From assembly GCF_030028105.1 (NCBI RefSeq), contig NC_092396.1, positions 21,597,820 to 21,661,819 on the forward strand: a DNA stretch of 64,000 nt, given 5' to 3'. Both the position numbers and the translations under genes were made by a program. The stretch comes from Mobula birostris. Lineage: Eukaryota. Shown piece after piece: positions 26,420 to 38,570 of the stretch; position 1 is the stretch's first letter; every line of letters starts with the position of its first letter. The notes under the pieces were generated by a model. It saw nothing but the letters and a program-made list of their open reading frames with translations. It was not told where the DNA came from and did no database searches.

Positions 26420-27642
26420 CATGTGGTGGGTATATGCTTAAATCTCAAAAGATGGTGAAAGCCTATGAGCTCTACTTTGGGTGGCAACCAAAACAAAACA
26501 TGGGCTCCTCACATTTGTTGCGCAATATGCACTGTCAGTCTGAGAGTTTGGCTCAGAGGTACTCAGAAGTCAATAATGTCCGCTGTCCCACTGATATGCC
26601 GAGAGCAGAAGGATCATGTGACAGACTGTTACTTCTGTCTGACCAATGTAGCTGGTTTCTCTACTAAAAACAAGAAATCCTGAGTACCCCAGTCTCCCTT
26701 CAGCCATGAGACATGTGCCACATGACAACAGTCTTCCAGTAATGAAGCCACCAGGCACATGGAGTCTAGAGGAGGCAGACAAAAATGCCATGATGCACGA
26801 GCCAGCAATGGAAAATGACACTGATTCTGATACGGATTTTGAACCCTTTATGTCGAGTGAGCCTCATCTGATGACTCAGTCTGAATTAAATGACCTGGTC
26901 AAAGATTGGGTTTGTCAAAGGCAAAAGCAGAATTACTAGGTTCAAGACTGCACTGTGGAATCTGCTGACACCAGACACAAGCGTTTCTGTGAAGGATTTC
27001 GATATTTGAGACAGATGTCCAGAATAACTGATGCCAAGGTTAAGGAAGGCATTTTTGCTGGTCCACAAACCAAACAGGTCATCAGTAACAGACAATTTGA
27101 AGAACTTCTAATGGGATTGGAGAAAATCACATGGAAGGCATTCAAGGATGTTGAAAATGTTCTTGGCAACTACAGAGCCCCAAACTTTGTGCAGCTGGTT
27201 GACAAGATGCTTCAAGCATACCAAACCATGAAGCGCAACATGTCACTAACGATTTATTTTCTTCCCTGCAAATCTTGCAGTCAGTGACATGCATGGTGAA
27301 AGGTTTCACCAGGACATTGTGGACATGGACAAACAGTATCAGGGCAACTGGAATCCATCAATGCTGGCTGATTATTGTTGGCCACTTAAGCGAGAAGCCT
27401 CAGATATTGAGTACAAATGTAAATCATCATGAAAACGTTTTTAGTTTAGCTGAACTATTGCAAAGCATTAGCATCATTGTGCAATTAAACACATTATATT
27501 CAATAAAAGTTGATTTCTTTTTTCCCCAAATTTCTAAGTAATACAAGTGGTCTGAAATTATGTGTTCAGCTTCAAGCAATCTATCATAACCACAAAAAAA
27601 TTCTGACAATGCAACATTTCTAAAAAAATTTTCTGTCCAATG
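26420..27642 (+). mobile_element. Chapaev3-like (CMC superfamily) DNA transposon, decayed and internally deleted
   Basis: Frameshifted transposase: WAPHICCAIC...REQKDHVTDCYFC zinc finger; EPHLMTQSELNDLVK; AKVKEGIFAGPQ; MSLTIYFL...SDMHGERFHQDI...YQGNWNPSMLADYCW; right end TTTTCTGTCCAATG followed by TTA. Confidence 0.75.
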
Positions 27643-28149
27643 TTATTAAATGATTCCCTAGTACAATTAGACTGTTGACCTCACAATCTACTTTATTGCC
27701 TTGCAGCTTATTGTTCACCTGCACTGCATTTTCCCTGTAGCTGTCATACTTTATTCTACATATTTTATTGTTTTACCTTCTTCTAATCAGTGCACTGTGT
27801 AATGACCAGCATGCAATACAAGCTTTTCACTGTCCTAACCTATTGTACGTGACAATAATAAACCAATTCTAGGTTCCAAGGAATGGGGAGGATATAAAGA
27901 GAAATGCTGCCAATCATTGCATTACCTGCAGGTTAGGGAATAATTGATGGCACCAAATAACTTTGTGAGAAATGTAAAAAGTGGTGGAATCCAGGAATCC
28001 AGTTCTGTGATCCAAGAAAGTCAGACGCGACCTAAAATTCACAACAAATGTGTTTTTCAGATTAATATTCAGAGCACTTAAGCAGGGAAATAAAATAAGT
28101 TTATCTTCACAGTTTGCCCACCACCCCGTGCTGCCATCAGTGAAAATGT

Positions 28150-28483
28150 GGAATGTACACCATCACCTCCCCGGCCGGCCGGGGCGCTTTGGGCTGTGAA
28201 CAGCGCAACAGGAACGTCAGATTTTCCCGTTAACTGGAGGATCGCGGCTCTGGGCCGCTCTCCCCGCTGCGCACTGGGCAAACTCAATGACAACATCCCC
28301 CTCCCATCCTCGACGGCAGCCCCCCGCTTCAGGCCTACCTCAAGCCCGGCGAATGTTACGTCACGCTGATTGACCCGCTGGAAAGCCAATAGGATCACCG
28401 ATTCCGTCGGACCGCTAGTGATAGGGCAAAAGGGAGGGGGTGGGCCTGGCGACGGGCGGCTTCCGGGTTGAAGATGGCGGGCG
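28150..28483. promoter_or_regulatory. CpG-rich bidirectional promoter of INTS11 and CPTP
   Basis: Local CpG/GC enrichment between divergent genes; CRE-like TTACGTCA 28356-28363, CCAAT 28386-28390, ETS-type CTTCCGG 28460-28466, YY1-type AAGATGGCGG 28471-28480 overlapping the CPTP ATG. Confidence 0.85.
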
Positions 28484-28592
28484 TAGAGCCGTTCAGGCTG
28501 AGTGAAGTCCTGGAGTCATTCAGGAGCTGCCTGACCGAGAGCGGGGAGCTGGTGCAGGAACATTACTTGGACGGATGGAAAGGGCTGGTGAA
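28474..28592 (+). CDS. CPTP: Ceramide-1-phosphate transfer protein, coding exon 1
   Basis: MAGVEPFRLSEVLESFRSCLTESGELVQEHYLDGWKGLV(K); Kozak AAGATGG; donor GTGAGT, phase 2 joins exon 2. Confidence 0.93.
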
Positions 28593-29519
28593 GTGAGTGA
28601 TCTAAAAGAATCCTGAAGCCAAAGGATGCTGGGAATCTTAAAATAAGACCTGAAAATGCTGTGGAAAACCTCTGACTTTGACTTGAAATGTCGATCCGCA
28701 AACGTGGACTAACTCACCCGCTGAGGTTTTCCAGCATTTTCCGTTTCTGTCTGAAATAATCCTGTCCTTGGAGCTGCTTGATGGTATCAGGGCGAAGTAC
28801 AGTATGAGTTATTCATCGTGCAGACTATGACAATGAGCGATTATTAGGAGGATGAGAGGGTTATGCCATTTCTGATTGTGTCTGAAGTATTTTGAATTAA
28901 ATTTTTGGATGCGGGGTTCGTTAACAAGATCGGCATTTAATGGCTGGCCTATACTGTCTTTAAAAATGTAGTGGGGAGTCGCTAGTCTCTGTGATGAAGG
29001 GGGTATGTTCACTGTTGTTAGGTAGTGAGTGCAATTTTCAGATTTAGCGACAATGACAGACCGGCGATTATTTCCTCGTCAGACCCGGAGATGCTCTGGA
29101 TCAGGGGGTTCCCAACCTGTGGTCCGCGGACCCCTCGGTTAATGGTAATATAGATGATAATGTTCCCACCAGCCTACTCCCCTCGCCCTCGGTGATGGAA
29201 GTTTCAAGTTTGGAAAGGGTTTGGGTAGCCCGAAGGAGTAGATGTGGTGTACTCTCTGTACTGGAACTAGGGTATGCCGGCAATGGGAGGTGTGAAAGTT
29301 TAGAATGACCAATTAAGGTTAATGACGTGAGCTGTCTCGTTCTAAGGTGGGGTTCAACATTTTGGGTGTTGTTCAGGCTGCATTAACCAAGACTACTCAC
29401 TGTAGGTAGTTAAGAGTACCGAGGTGAATTCCTCCCAGTTGAAAACCCGTGAAGCAACAAATTGTTGTAATGTTTTTAAAATGTAGACATTTAAATGAAG
29501 ATATAAAATAGAGAAGTTT

Positions 29520-32500
29520 TCTCAGTAATATTTGAGTAACATTGCTTCTTTTTACAAATGGGAAAATCTGCAGCTGCTGGAAATCCAAGCAACACACACA
29601 AAATGCTGGAGGAACTCAGCAGGCCAGACAGCGTCTATGGAAAAGAGTATTGTTGGCATTTTGGGCCAAAACCCTTTCTTTGTTTAATTCATTTATTCAG
29701 GGTTATATGTAAAAGTATGTGAATGGCATACGTCATTACGCCACTGTGTCATATGTGCACGCTTCACTAAAAGTAAAAAGCACAGGCGTATATATCCTGC
29801 TGGGCTCCTGCTTTTTTCTTTCAATTAATTTCTGCAGTTACAAAACATAACAGTGGCAACGAGTATGTTTTAAAACGAACTCGTGACAACTACCTACCTG
29901 TAGAAGTGCTGCACATATTTTTTCTTTGCAAAGGGAAAGAGACGTTCAAGTTTTTTTAAAAATGCAGCACTTTTTTTTCCACAAGGGGGGAAGGTAGTCA
30001 AATAAAAGAAAGGCAGAAAACGGACAAAATTCATAGGTTGTTCATAAACAGTGAGTACTGGGTGATAGTGATACTAAGAAATAAAAGCAGAAATGGCTGG
30101 CTACATCAGAAAGATAGATATGTTCAACTGCACAACAGATAACTGCATGTTGTATACTGAGCTAATTGAGCAGTATTTTCAAGCAAATGAAATAGCCAAT
30201 GAAAAGCAAGTGCATTAGGTGGGAAGGCATGCAGTTTACTTAGAAGTTTGACTGCTCCAACTAAACCACCCAAAATGAGCTTTGCTGATGTGAAAGTAAT
30301 ACAGCAACATTTAGACCTGAAACCATTGTTGATTGCAGAAAGTTTTAGGTTTCATAAATGGAATCAAAAAGAAGGGGAGTCCATTTCACCATATGTGGTT
30401 AAATTGAAGAGATTGAACATTGCCAGTTCAGTGATAGGCTTAATGATGCACAGAGAGAGTGCTTAGTTTGTGGAATCTTACAAGAAAACATTCAAAGATG
30501 GTTTCTGACTAAAGCACAACTCACATTTAAAAGAGCAGTTTAAGTGGGTGTATTAATGGAAACAACTGCCAGAGATACAGTTGTGTTGTGGTCAGGAATG
30601 AAAGTGAGTGAACAAAATTGCAACATCTAAACAGAAACCTTCCTGGACAGACAAGTTGTGTTACCATTGTTACCAAGCTCCCATACACAAAACCAATGCA
30701 GATTTAAAGGTGAAATTGCAGAAAATGCAACAAAGTAGAATGCATAGAAAGAGCATGTGTTGGATGGACAAAAATAAATGGACTACACAGGGAAGAGGAA
30801 AAAGTCGAGCTGCAGTTTCAAAAAGAGCCCTGATCTACATGCCATTGATGAAAAATCTGATGATGAGAGTGACACGGGACTGTGTAGCCTTCAAATTTAC
30901 ATTGTGAAAATTAACTACAGACAAGCAATATGGATTTCAGCAGAAGTGAATAGTGCATAAATTTAAATGAAATTGGACACTGGCTCAACTGTTTCAATCA
31001 TTCCACAACATGAGTTTGATCAGCATTTCAAAGATACTGACTGAACTGAAGCCTGCAGATATTCAACTAAGAACCTGTCTAGAGAAAAGGTAACTCCCAT
31101 GAGAATGACGTTCTTAACAGTGAATTACAACCAACAAGCCACATTTGTTTGTATGTGGTTAAAAACAGGAAGCCAGCATTGTTGGGCTGTGATTGGCTGT
31201 GACAACTACAACTTGATTGGAGATCCATCCACTGTTTGCATGCCACATCCTCTGCAATAGTGTCAACTGAAAGCAAATTAAGAAAGGTACTGGATGATGC
31301 CACAGCAGTGTTCAAGGATGTCATTGGAAAACTCAAACATGTCAAGAGTGAAATAGTGTTAAATAAAACTGCCACACCCCAGTTTTACAAAGGTCATCGG
31401 GTTCCTTGTACCAACCAGGATAAAGTAGCCAGTCAGCTAGATTGCATGGAGGCTGAAGGAACTCTTTCCAAGGTTGAGTGGAGTCCATGGGAACTGCGCA
31501 GGTTGACTCTGTGGTTAAGAAGGCATACGGTGTATTGGCCTTCATCAATCATGAGGTTGAGTTTAAGAGCTGAGAGGTAATGTTGCAGCTATATAGGACC
31601 CTGGTCAGACCCCACTTGGAGTACTGTGCTCAGTTCTGGTTGCCTCACTACAGGAAGGACATGGAAACCATAGAAAGGGTGCAGAGGAGATTTACAAGGA
31701 TGTTACCTGGATTGGGGAGTATGCCTTATGAGAATGGGTTGAGTGAACTTGGCCTTTTCTCCTTGGAGTGACAGAGGATGAGAGGTGTACAAGATAATAA
31801 GGGGCATTGATCGTGTGGATAGTCAGAGGCTTCTTGCCAGCGCTGAAATGGCTAGCACGAGAGGGCACAGTTTTAAGGTGCTTGGAAGTAGGTACAGAGG
31901 AGACGTCAGGGGTAAGTTTTTTACGCAGAGAGTAGTGAGTGCGTGGAATGGGCTGGCGGTGGTGGTGGAGGCAGAAATGATAGGGTCTTTTAAGAGACTC
32001 CTAGATGGGTACATGTAGCTTAGTAAAATAGGCTATGGGTAAAGCCTAGGTAGTTCTAAGGTAGGGACATGTTCGGCACAGTTTTGTGGGCCGAAGGGCC
32101 TGTATTGTGCTAAGGTTTTCTATGTTTCTATTCTCCCTAATGCAAATCAGAAGTCTTCTTATTACAGCAGAGGTGATCCAAAGGGAAACCAGAAAAGACC
32201 CCTCACTGTCTCAGATTTACATGGCCACCCAAAATGGCTGGAAAGTGTATCAGATTCTCCAGTTCTCCCATTTTTACCAGCACTGGGATGAACTTAACTT
32301 TGACAGAGGTTGCCTCATGTGGGGATTAAGAGTTGTTCTACCACCAAAGCTGAGAGCTAAAATGTTGAAGAAGAAGCTACATGCCGTCATCTAGGCATGG
32401 TAAAAATGAAAGTACAAGCTCGAAGCTTTCTCTGGTGGCCTGAGGTAGATCAGCAGACTGAGGAACCTGCCATGCACTGTTTGGAATGCAAAAACATCCA

Positions 32501-33908
32501 GCAGGTGCCAAGAGCAGTGCCTCTCCATCCTGGAAATGACTTGTATTGTCCTGGCAGAGGATTCGTGTGGACTTTGCCCGACGATTCATGGGCACAACTT
32601 TCTTAGTAGTAGACAATAGACAACAGGTGCAGGAGTAGAGTAGTAGATACAGCTACAAAGTGGTGAGAAGCGTTCCCAACAACCTCCACGACAGCCTCGC
32701 ATACTGTTGATGTGTTGAGAAGCCTCTTCTCAAGGACTGGTGTTCCAGAACACTTAAGCAGCGACGGTGGATCACAGTTTGTTGCAGAACAGTTTCAGTC
32801 ATTGCTGAAAATGAATGGAATAAGACATATTACATCCACACAGTACCACCCAGCTACAAATGGCTTGGTGGAAAGAATTGCCCGGAGACTAAAGAACACA
32901 CTATGAACGATGTCAGCAGAGCACACTACACTATCACTAAATCAGAAGCTCGCCAATATCCTCCATGCATATGGCAATGCAGCACACTCCACAACTAACA
33001 GCTCACCAGATATGCTGTTCCAGGGACATCCCTTGTGTTCACGCTTGGATTCTCCTCGACCTCAATCTCAGAAGGAGCATGCAGGACGAACAGCTGAGAC
33101 AAATTGAAGGCTCCCCAAACAAGGACGTTCAATGTTTCACTCCTGGAGGGGGACTACAGTGGTAATTAAAAGTAGGTACCTGAAAAGATTACGGACAGAA
33201 CTGGACCACTCTCCTACACATGGAGGTTGCATCTTGATATCATCGGGAGAACACACATTGATCAGTTGAGGACAACTGAGTGAATTGTTGGAGAGGAAAG
33301 GTGTCCAGAGCTGTTAGAACCACTTACTGAAGTCCCAGAGTCGACTCCTACAACCATCACAGCCACATGTCACTCCTGCTAAGCGGAGTGATTCTGCCCA
33401 GCAACACCCCCCCCCCACCAATAAAAAATCAGGAAAGACTTTATTCCACAAGAATAAGAAATCCTCCACAGAGATTAAATCTTTAGGCCTGAATGTGGTA
33501 ATTTAAAATTTACTGTGCTGTGTCATGTGTGTTCTGTATTTAATATTTCAGTAATATTGTAAATATATTGGTCAAGTACTCTGTGTAAATAATTCATTAG
33601 GGGTTACATGCAAATTACGTGAATGGCATACGTCATTTCGCCACCACATTATAAGTATGTGGCTCATTAACAGTAAAAAGAAGCATTGGTGACCATTAGG
33701 GTCCTGCGAATGGTTTCGGCCTGAAATGTCAACAATACGATAGTTGCTGCCTGGCCTGTTGAGTTCCTCCAGCATTTTGTGTGTGTGTGTTGCTTGGATT
33801 TCCAGCCTCTGCAGATTTTCTCTTGTTTGTAAAAAAAAAAAAAGAACTCGTTCCCCTAGGCACCAGTCTTTTTCTTTTGATTAGTTTCTTCAGCAACAAA
33901 ATATAACA
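29520..33908 (+). mobile_element. Decayed Gypsy LTR retrotransposon in the CPTP intron
   Basis: LTR pair ending ATAACA at 29852 and 33908; PBS-like GTGGCAACGAG; gag remnant near 30092; protease LDTGSTVS; integrase ARSFLWWP, SDGGSQF, YHPATNGLVER. Confidence 0.9.
31492..32130 (+). mobile_element. CR1 LINE 3' fragment nested in Gypsy
   Basis: LYRTLVRPHLEYCAQFW.PHYRKD...ERVQRRFTRMLPG, TRGHSFK, FFTQRVV.AWN; TTTCTATG tail. Confidence 0.92.
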
Positions 33909-34355
33909 GCTTATATTTTTGTATAATATTTCTCTTCGCGGATCTGCCAAAATTTGTGGTTAAGGAAATAACTTGAGAGGGGACGTTGCTGAAATGTAAG
34001 AATTTCATCAACAAATCTGTCCACAGCAAGCTCCCACAAATAAAACTTATTAATCACTGAGGGATATATCTTTAATAGTTGATTGTCATAACTGTTTTTT
34101 CCTAATAAATTTTCATGATTTGCATAATGTGATTTATTTTCTCTCTAACGTACCAATGGAAACTAAATAAATTTGGAAATTTCTTGTAATAGACTTAAGT
34201 AAATAGTTTATGAATTTGGGAACCATATTCTGCTCAAACTTATTGTGCACTTCAAAATCTTTAATTTCTAATATTAATTTTACTTTTGTATTTCTACTCT
34301 GAATTGTCTTGGTAGGAAAATCCAATTTTAAATTCATTGTTTGATTCTTTTTTAG

Positions 34356-34878
34356 GTTCATGAATAGCCTTGGTGCGGCCTTTTCCTTTATTTCAAAAGA
34401 TGTGGTCACTAAAATCCAAATTCTGGAAAACTACGGATGTAGTGAAAGGGGCCAGGAATATAGAACAATTCAGTCAATGGTGAAGTATGAGGTTGACAAC
34501 AAGCTGGTGGACCTGAAGAAGCGAGGTGACCATTGGGATTCTGGCTGCCGTACTCTGTTGCGACTACACCGTGCCCTCAAGTGGCTGCAGCTCTTTCTGG
34601 AAAAGCTGCGGGTGGCCTCTGATGACAGCAAAACTTCAGTCTTGTGTACAGACGCCTATAATGACTCCCTGGCAAACTATCATCCCTGGATTGTGCGCAA
34701 AGCTGCAGTTCTTGCATTTCATTTACTGCCAAGTCGGGCAGACTTTTTTGAAGTTATGAATATGGGCACAACAGAAAAGGTTGTGGCCACACTCGAGGAA
34801 GCTGTCCCACTCATTTCTAAGACCTATGACATCACACAAGATCTGTATGCTCAACATGACCTGCTTGATCTACCTTAG
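34356..34878 (+). CDS. CPTP: Ceramide-1-phosphate transfer protein, coding exon 2
   Basis: FMNSLGAAFSFISKDVVTKI...SGCRTLLRLHRAL...YHPWIVRKAA...LLDLP*; GLTP-fold motifs; total 213 aa; same neighbour as in mammals. Confidence 0.97.
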
Positions 34879-36964
34879 ATCTGTTCTTTTTTGAAGAGTA
34901 CTACAATAATAGCACCTTTGAATGTTTTAGATAGTAAACTTTATTTTATCAGAATCACTTGACCAAAGGATAGGTTGTAAGTGTTATTTAAAAAGTAAGT
35001 CTTTCATCCATATGTTTAAATAATTAGCCTTTCTGTTTGGGGGGAGATTCAAGTCCAATCAGGATTGGCAGAGTGATGGAATTTTCAAGTACTTGAATTG
35101 CTGAAGTGGAGTCGCTACACTGCTTGCTAAAGGGTCTGCACCACAGAACAGAACTAATTAGATAGCTCTCTGTAAGGTGGGGGTAGCAGTGTCCAAGGTG
35201 CATGTTTTTCTGCATCAAAAGATGGTAGTTCCATAACACTACCATCTCTAATCTTCAGCAAATACCTTCCGGAAGGACCTTGGTCAGGAATGGCCTTTCT
35301 CAGAACCTTTTTCCATAAGTCATTTTGCCTGTCAGCACTTTGGTGGAATGCTTCTTCAGGAGCATTTATATTTAAATACAGTTGAACAAATAATTTAAAA
35401 TATTTTACCATGGTCCTTCCAGGAGATTTTTTTAGCGACATTACATTTGAAATGCACCAAAAAACTTTAATCTCTGTAACTGACCACATTCAATTGCTGT
35501 TCAAGTGAGAAGTAATAATTTGGATCTCCCTCCCATTTTCTGTACTTCTAATGGTGTAGACCTACTGATGTCCATTTCCAAGGATGGCAGAAGGTCGTAC
35601 TTTGAGTGTTTATTGTTTGTATGGACGGGGTTGGTTTAGAACCTGTGCGAATCTGGAGTTATCTGACTCAGTTGACTTCAGGTTGAGCATTTACACACTT
35701 AGGAACTGGGAGAAATGATCAGGCCTGAGATCCGTGGCTGATGGTTTTTTGTCTGTCTGTCTTATTGCATCTTCTTCAGAAACAGTAGGATCAGGGCTAT
35801 CATGGCAGTGTAAGCCGTGAATGAGTTGGAGCATTTCCCTATACAGTGATAACTCAGCAGGTCAATGTGAGAAGGCGGAGCAAAAATGTGACTAGATTTT
35901 GATTTGTTGGCCTTTCAGTTTGTAAGTTAATAGAGCTTCCTTCTCAATTGCTCCTGGCAGTTTTAGGTGACCTGCTGGAAGGAGCGTTGAGAATCAAAAC
36001 ACTGCAGGTGCTGGAAATCTGATCAGGCAGCATCTGTGGAAAGAGAAACATCAAAGGCCATTCATCAGAATAGGACCATGTTCCGATAAAGATTATCTGC
36101 CCAAATGTTCTTGACATATACTGACTGATCTGTGTATTTCCAGCATCTTATTTATATAGAAGGTACCCCCTTTCCAGTTCAGGTCTGCTTTAAATATACA
36201 GTATTTTGTTCATTGTCTGCTGTGAGATTTAAATGGCGTAAGTGAAAGAGACCTCACTGCATAAGCACAGAAGATCATCTTGAAGAATTTGCTGTGACAC
36301 GTCCTCTCATACTTGTGCAAGGGAAATGTATGGAGCTTAAAAAGTGTGGGTCCTCATAATGTTCCTGCTGTACACTTTGTTGTATACTATGGTGGTATAG
36401 TTAACTCTGTCAGGTAAGACAAAAAGGAATTGTGCTTACAGTGCATTAATACCTAATATGTTTTTTTGTTATCTAACAAAAATAAGCTCTTCCTTTCTGT
36501 CTTTTCCCCCATCCCAACAAACATTGCTGCATCCTCTTTTTGGTGGAATTCTTTGGGCACAAATTTCTCTGTCCTATTTCAGCAGCTGATTTTCATGTGA
36601 GCCAGGACAATTCTACACACAAAGTGACATTACACCTCGGCAAGACAAGTCTACCTCCTTAAGCTGCTGATTAACAAATCAGCTTTGATCTAGTTTTAGT
36701 CCTGACCAAGAACAATAGATTTTGCATTGGGCTGTGTGAAGGGGGTGCCCTTCACCGACTGGTCCCTGGAAAAAATTAAGCAGGATTAATGCTGGCAGAA
36801 GAACACTGGTATTGTATTGCAGTTACTGAACTTCGTAACCAACAACAGTCTGTCAGCGGGTAAAGGAGTGGAAAGGTGGCCACAGCTGCCACAGGCTCCT
36901 CCTGTTGGAAGTCACATTCTAGCTGGGTGGATCCATAATGAGCTCAGCTGTCATCTGATGTCTT

Positions 36965-37400
36965 CATGTGGGTCCAAAGACATTTTACCCTGATCATTGC
37001 TTGTTACCGGCGTTTAGGGCAGCGATGAAGGTCCTCCATCTCTGGCGGTGTTCAGGGCTTCCTTTGTTGTGTAGTAGCTTCCTGTCAGTTTTCACTACTG
37101 TCAGTCATGTAAGTCCCGGGTGGAGACTCAGGAATACCGTCACACTCAGATGTAGAAGGATTCTTCATTGCTGTTTCCGTAACAATTTTGTTTTACGAAT
37201 TAGGGTTGTCAGCTCTGGGCTGAACCCCTGAACCTGGAGGACTGGTGGACCACTCTTAGTCTGGCCTCTAGCCTCTGACCTGTTTGGTATGGGTGACTAC
37301 CGAGAGCCAACACATAAAGCCCTGACTCCAGCTCGCATAGCTCTCCGGGTCATTGAGGCACACAAGCCCCCAAACCACAACAAGGTTATGGTCCTCTTGG
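36965..37400 (-). mobile_element. RTE-related non-autonomous retroelement
   Basis: RTE-like 3' end (CCGCCAGAGATGGAGGACCTTCATCGCTGCCCTA on minus) joined to a 5'UTR-like segment. Confidence 0.5.
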
Positions 37401-37745
37401 TGGATTTTACCCGGGGACAAGGGAAAAAGAAAGCTGCAATGTGAAGTAAATTTTATCTTTAATTCTTTGAAGACCCTAGGTGTTTGTTTTCCTATTCACA
37501 TTTTTAACATTAGTCTTTGGTGGCTAATTACTTGTCAAATGCTGCCACCCCAGTGTACTGTTGACCTTCCATTCTAATCTTCAAACATTAAATATCTACA
37601 ACCATCAATGGACAATTAGCAACATTTCTCTGTCATGAATTGTAGGTTTTAAAGTCAGAAATATTTTTAATATTTCAGGTGAAAACCAAATGTAACTTGT
37701 AGATTTTTTATTTGCAATATGAGTAATTATTTGCTGTATAAAAAC

Positions 37746-37751
37746 AATAAA
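37746..37751 (+). terminator. Candidate CPTP polyadenylation signal
   Basis: AATAAA ending an AT-rich tract about 2.9 kb after the stop codon, with a T/GT-rich stretch downstream. Confidence 0.35.
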
Positions 37752-38139
37752 TTATGATGTAGTTCATTCTGGCTTAGTTTATTGTAATTGCACAAACAAT
37801 TAGGTCCGTCATTTTTGAGAAAATTAAATGGAACAGCATTAAAGCCCTCAATAGTGGTAAATTAATGCCATACATGTTCAAAGGTTAATTTTATTGTCAA
37901 AGTTTGCATGTACAATACAACTCTGGTATTCATCTTCTCCAGATAGCCATGAAATACAGGAAGATGTCTGTAAGCAAACAACGCGGCAACAGTTGCGTTA
38001 TTTTTTAATTAAATTCAGGATCTGTCTGCATGGGAGAAATCTGACTTCCATACTGTAACAGTGAGATGGAATAGTGCTTCTAGATCTCCTACAATAACAG
38101 ATATTAAGCCTACTGGATTCAATTTGAAGGAACATTCAA

Positions 38140-38570
38140 AGTAAATTTATAATCAAAGTACACACATGTCACCATGTACCACCCTGAGATTCATTTTCTT
38201 GCAGGCATTCACAGTGGAACAAATCAATGAAAAACTACAAACACTGACAACCAATGTGCAAAAGAAGGCAAATTGTGCAAATACAAAAAAAAAGTAAGTA
38301 AATAAATAATACCTGAGAACATGAGTTGTTGAGTCCACGCGTTGTGGAACAGGTTCAGTATTGAGGTGAGTAAAGTTTTTTATGCTGGATTAGGAGCCCT
38401 GATGGTCGAGGAGCAGTAACTATTCCTGAGCATGGTGGGGAGGGACCTAAAGCTTCTGTACCTCCTTCCTGCATAACCTGGATGATGGATGTTGTTTTCC
38501 TGCAGCCAAGATACTTTCCAGTGTGCATCAATAGAATGCCAGATGCAGTGTGTGATTGGAATAGGAACCA
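38140..38570 (-). mobile_element. Rex1/Babar LINE 3' fragment
   Basis: GRRYRSFRS..TMLRNSY motif and 3' UTR. Confidence 0.65.

Noticed and set aside
29102-29140. hAT/Charlie-like terminal repeat CAGGGGGTTCCCAACC
   Set aside because: Only one end visible; no partner TIR or 8-bp TSD found.
29553-33830. Composite transposon with PLE-derived TIRs carrying the Gypsy element
   Set aside because: LTR homology continues outside both PLE pieces (near 29526 and 33855-33908); they are insertions into the LTRs.
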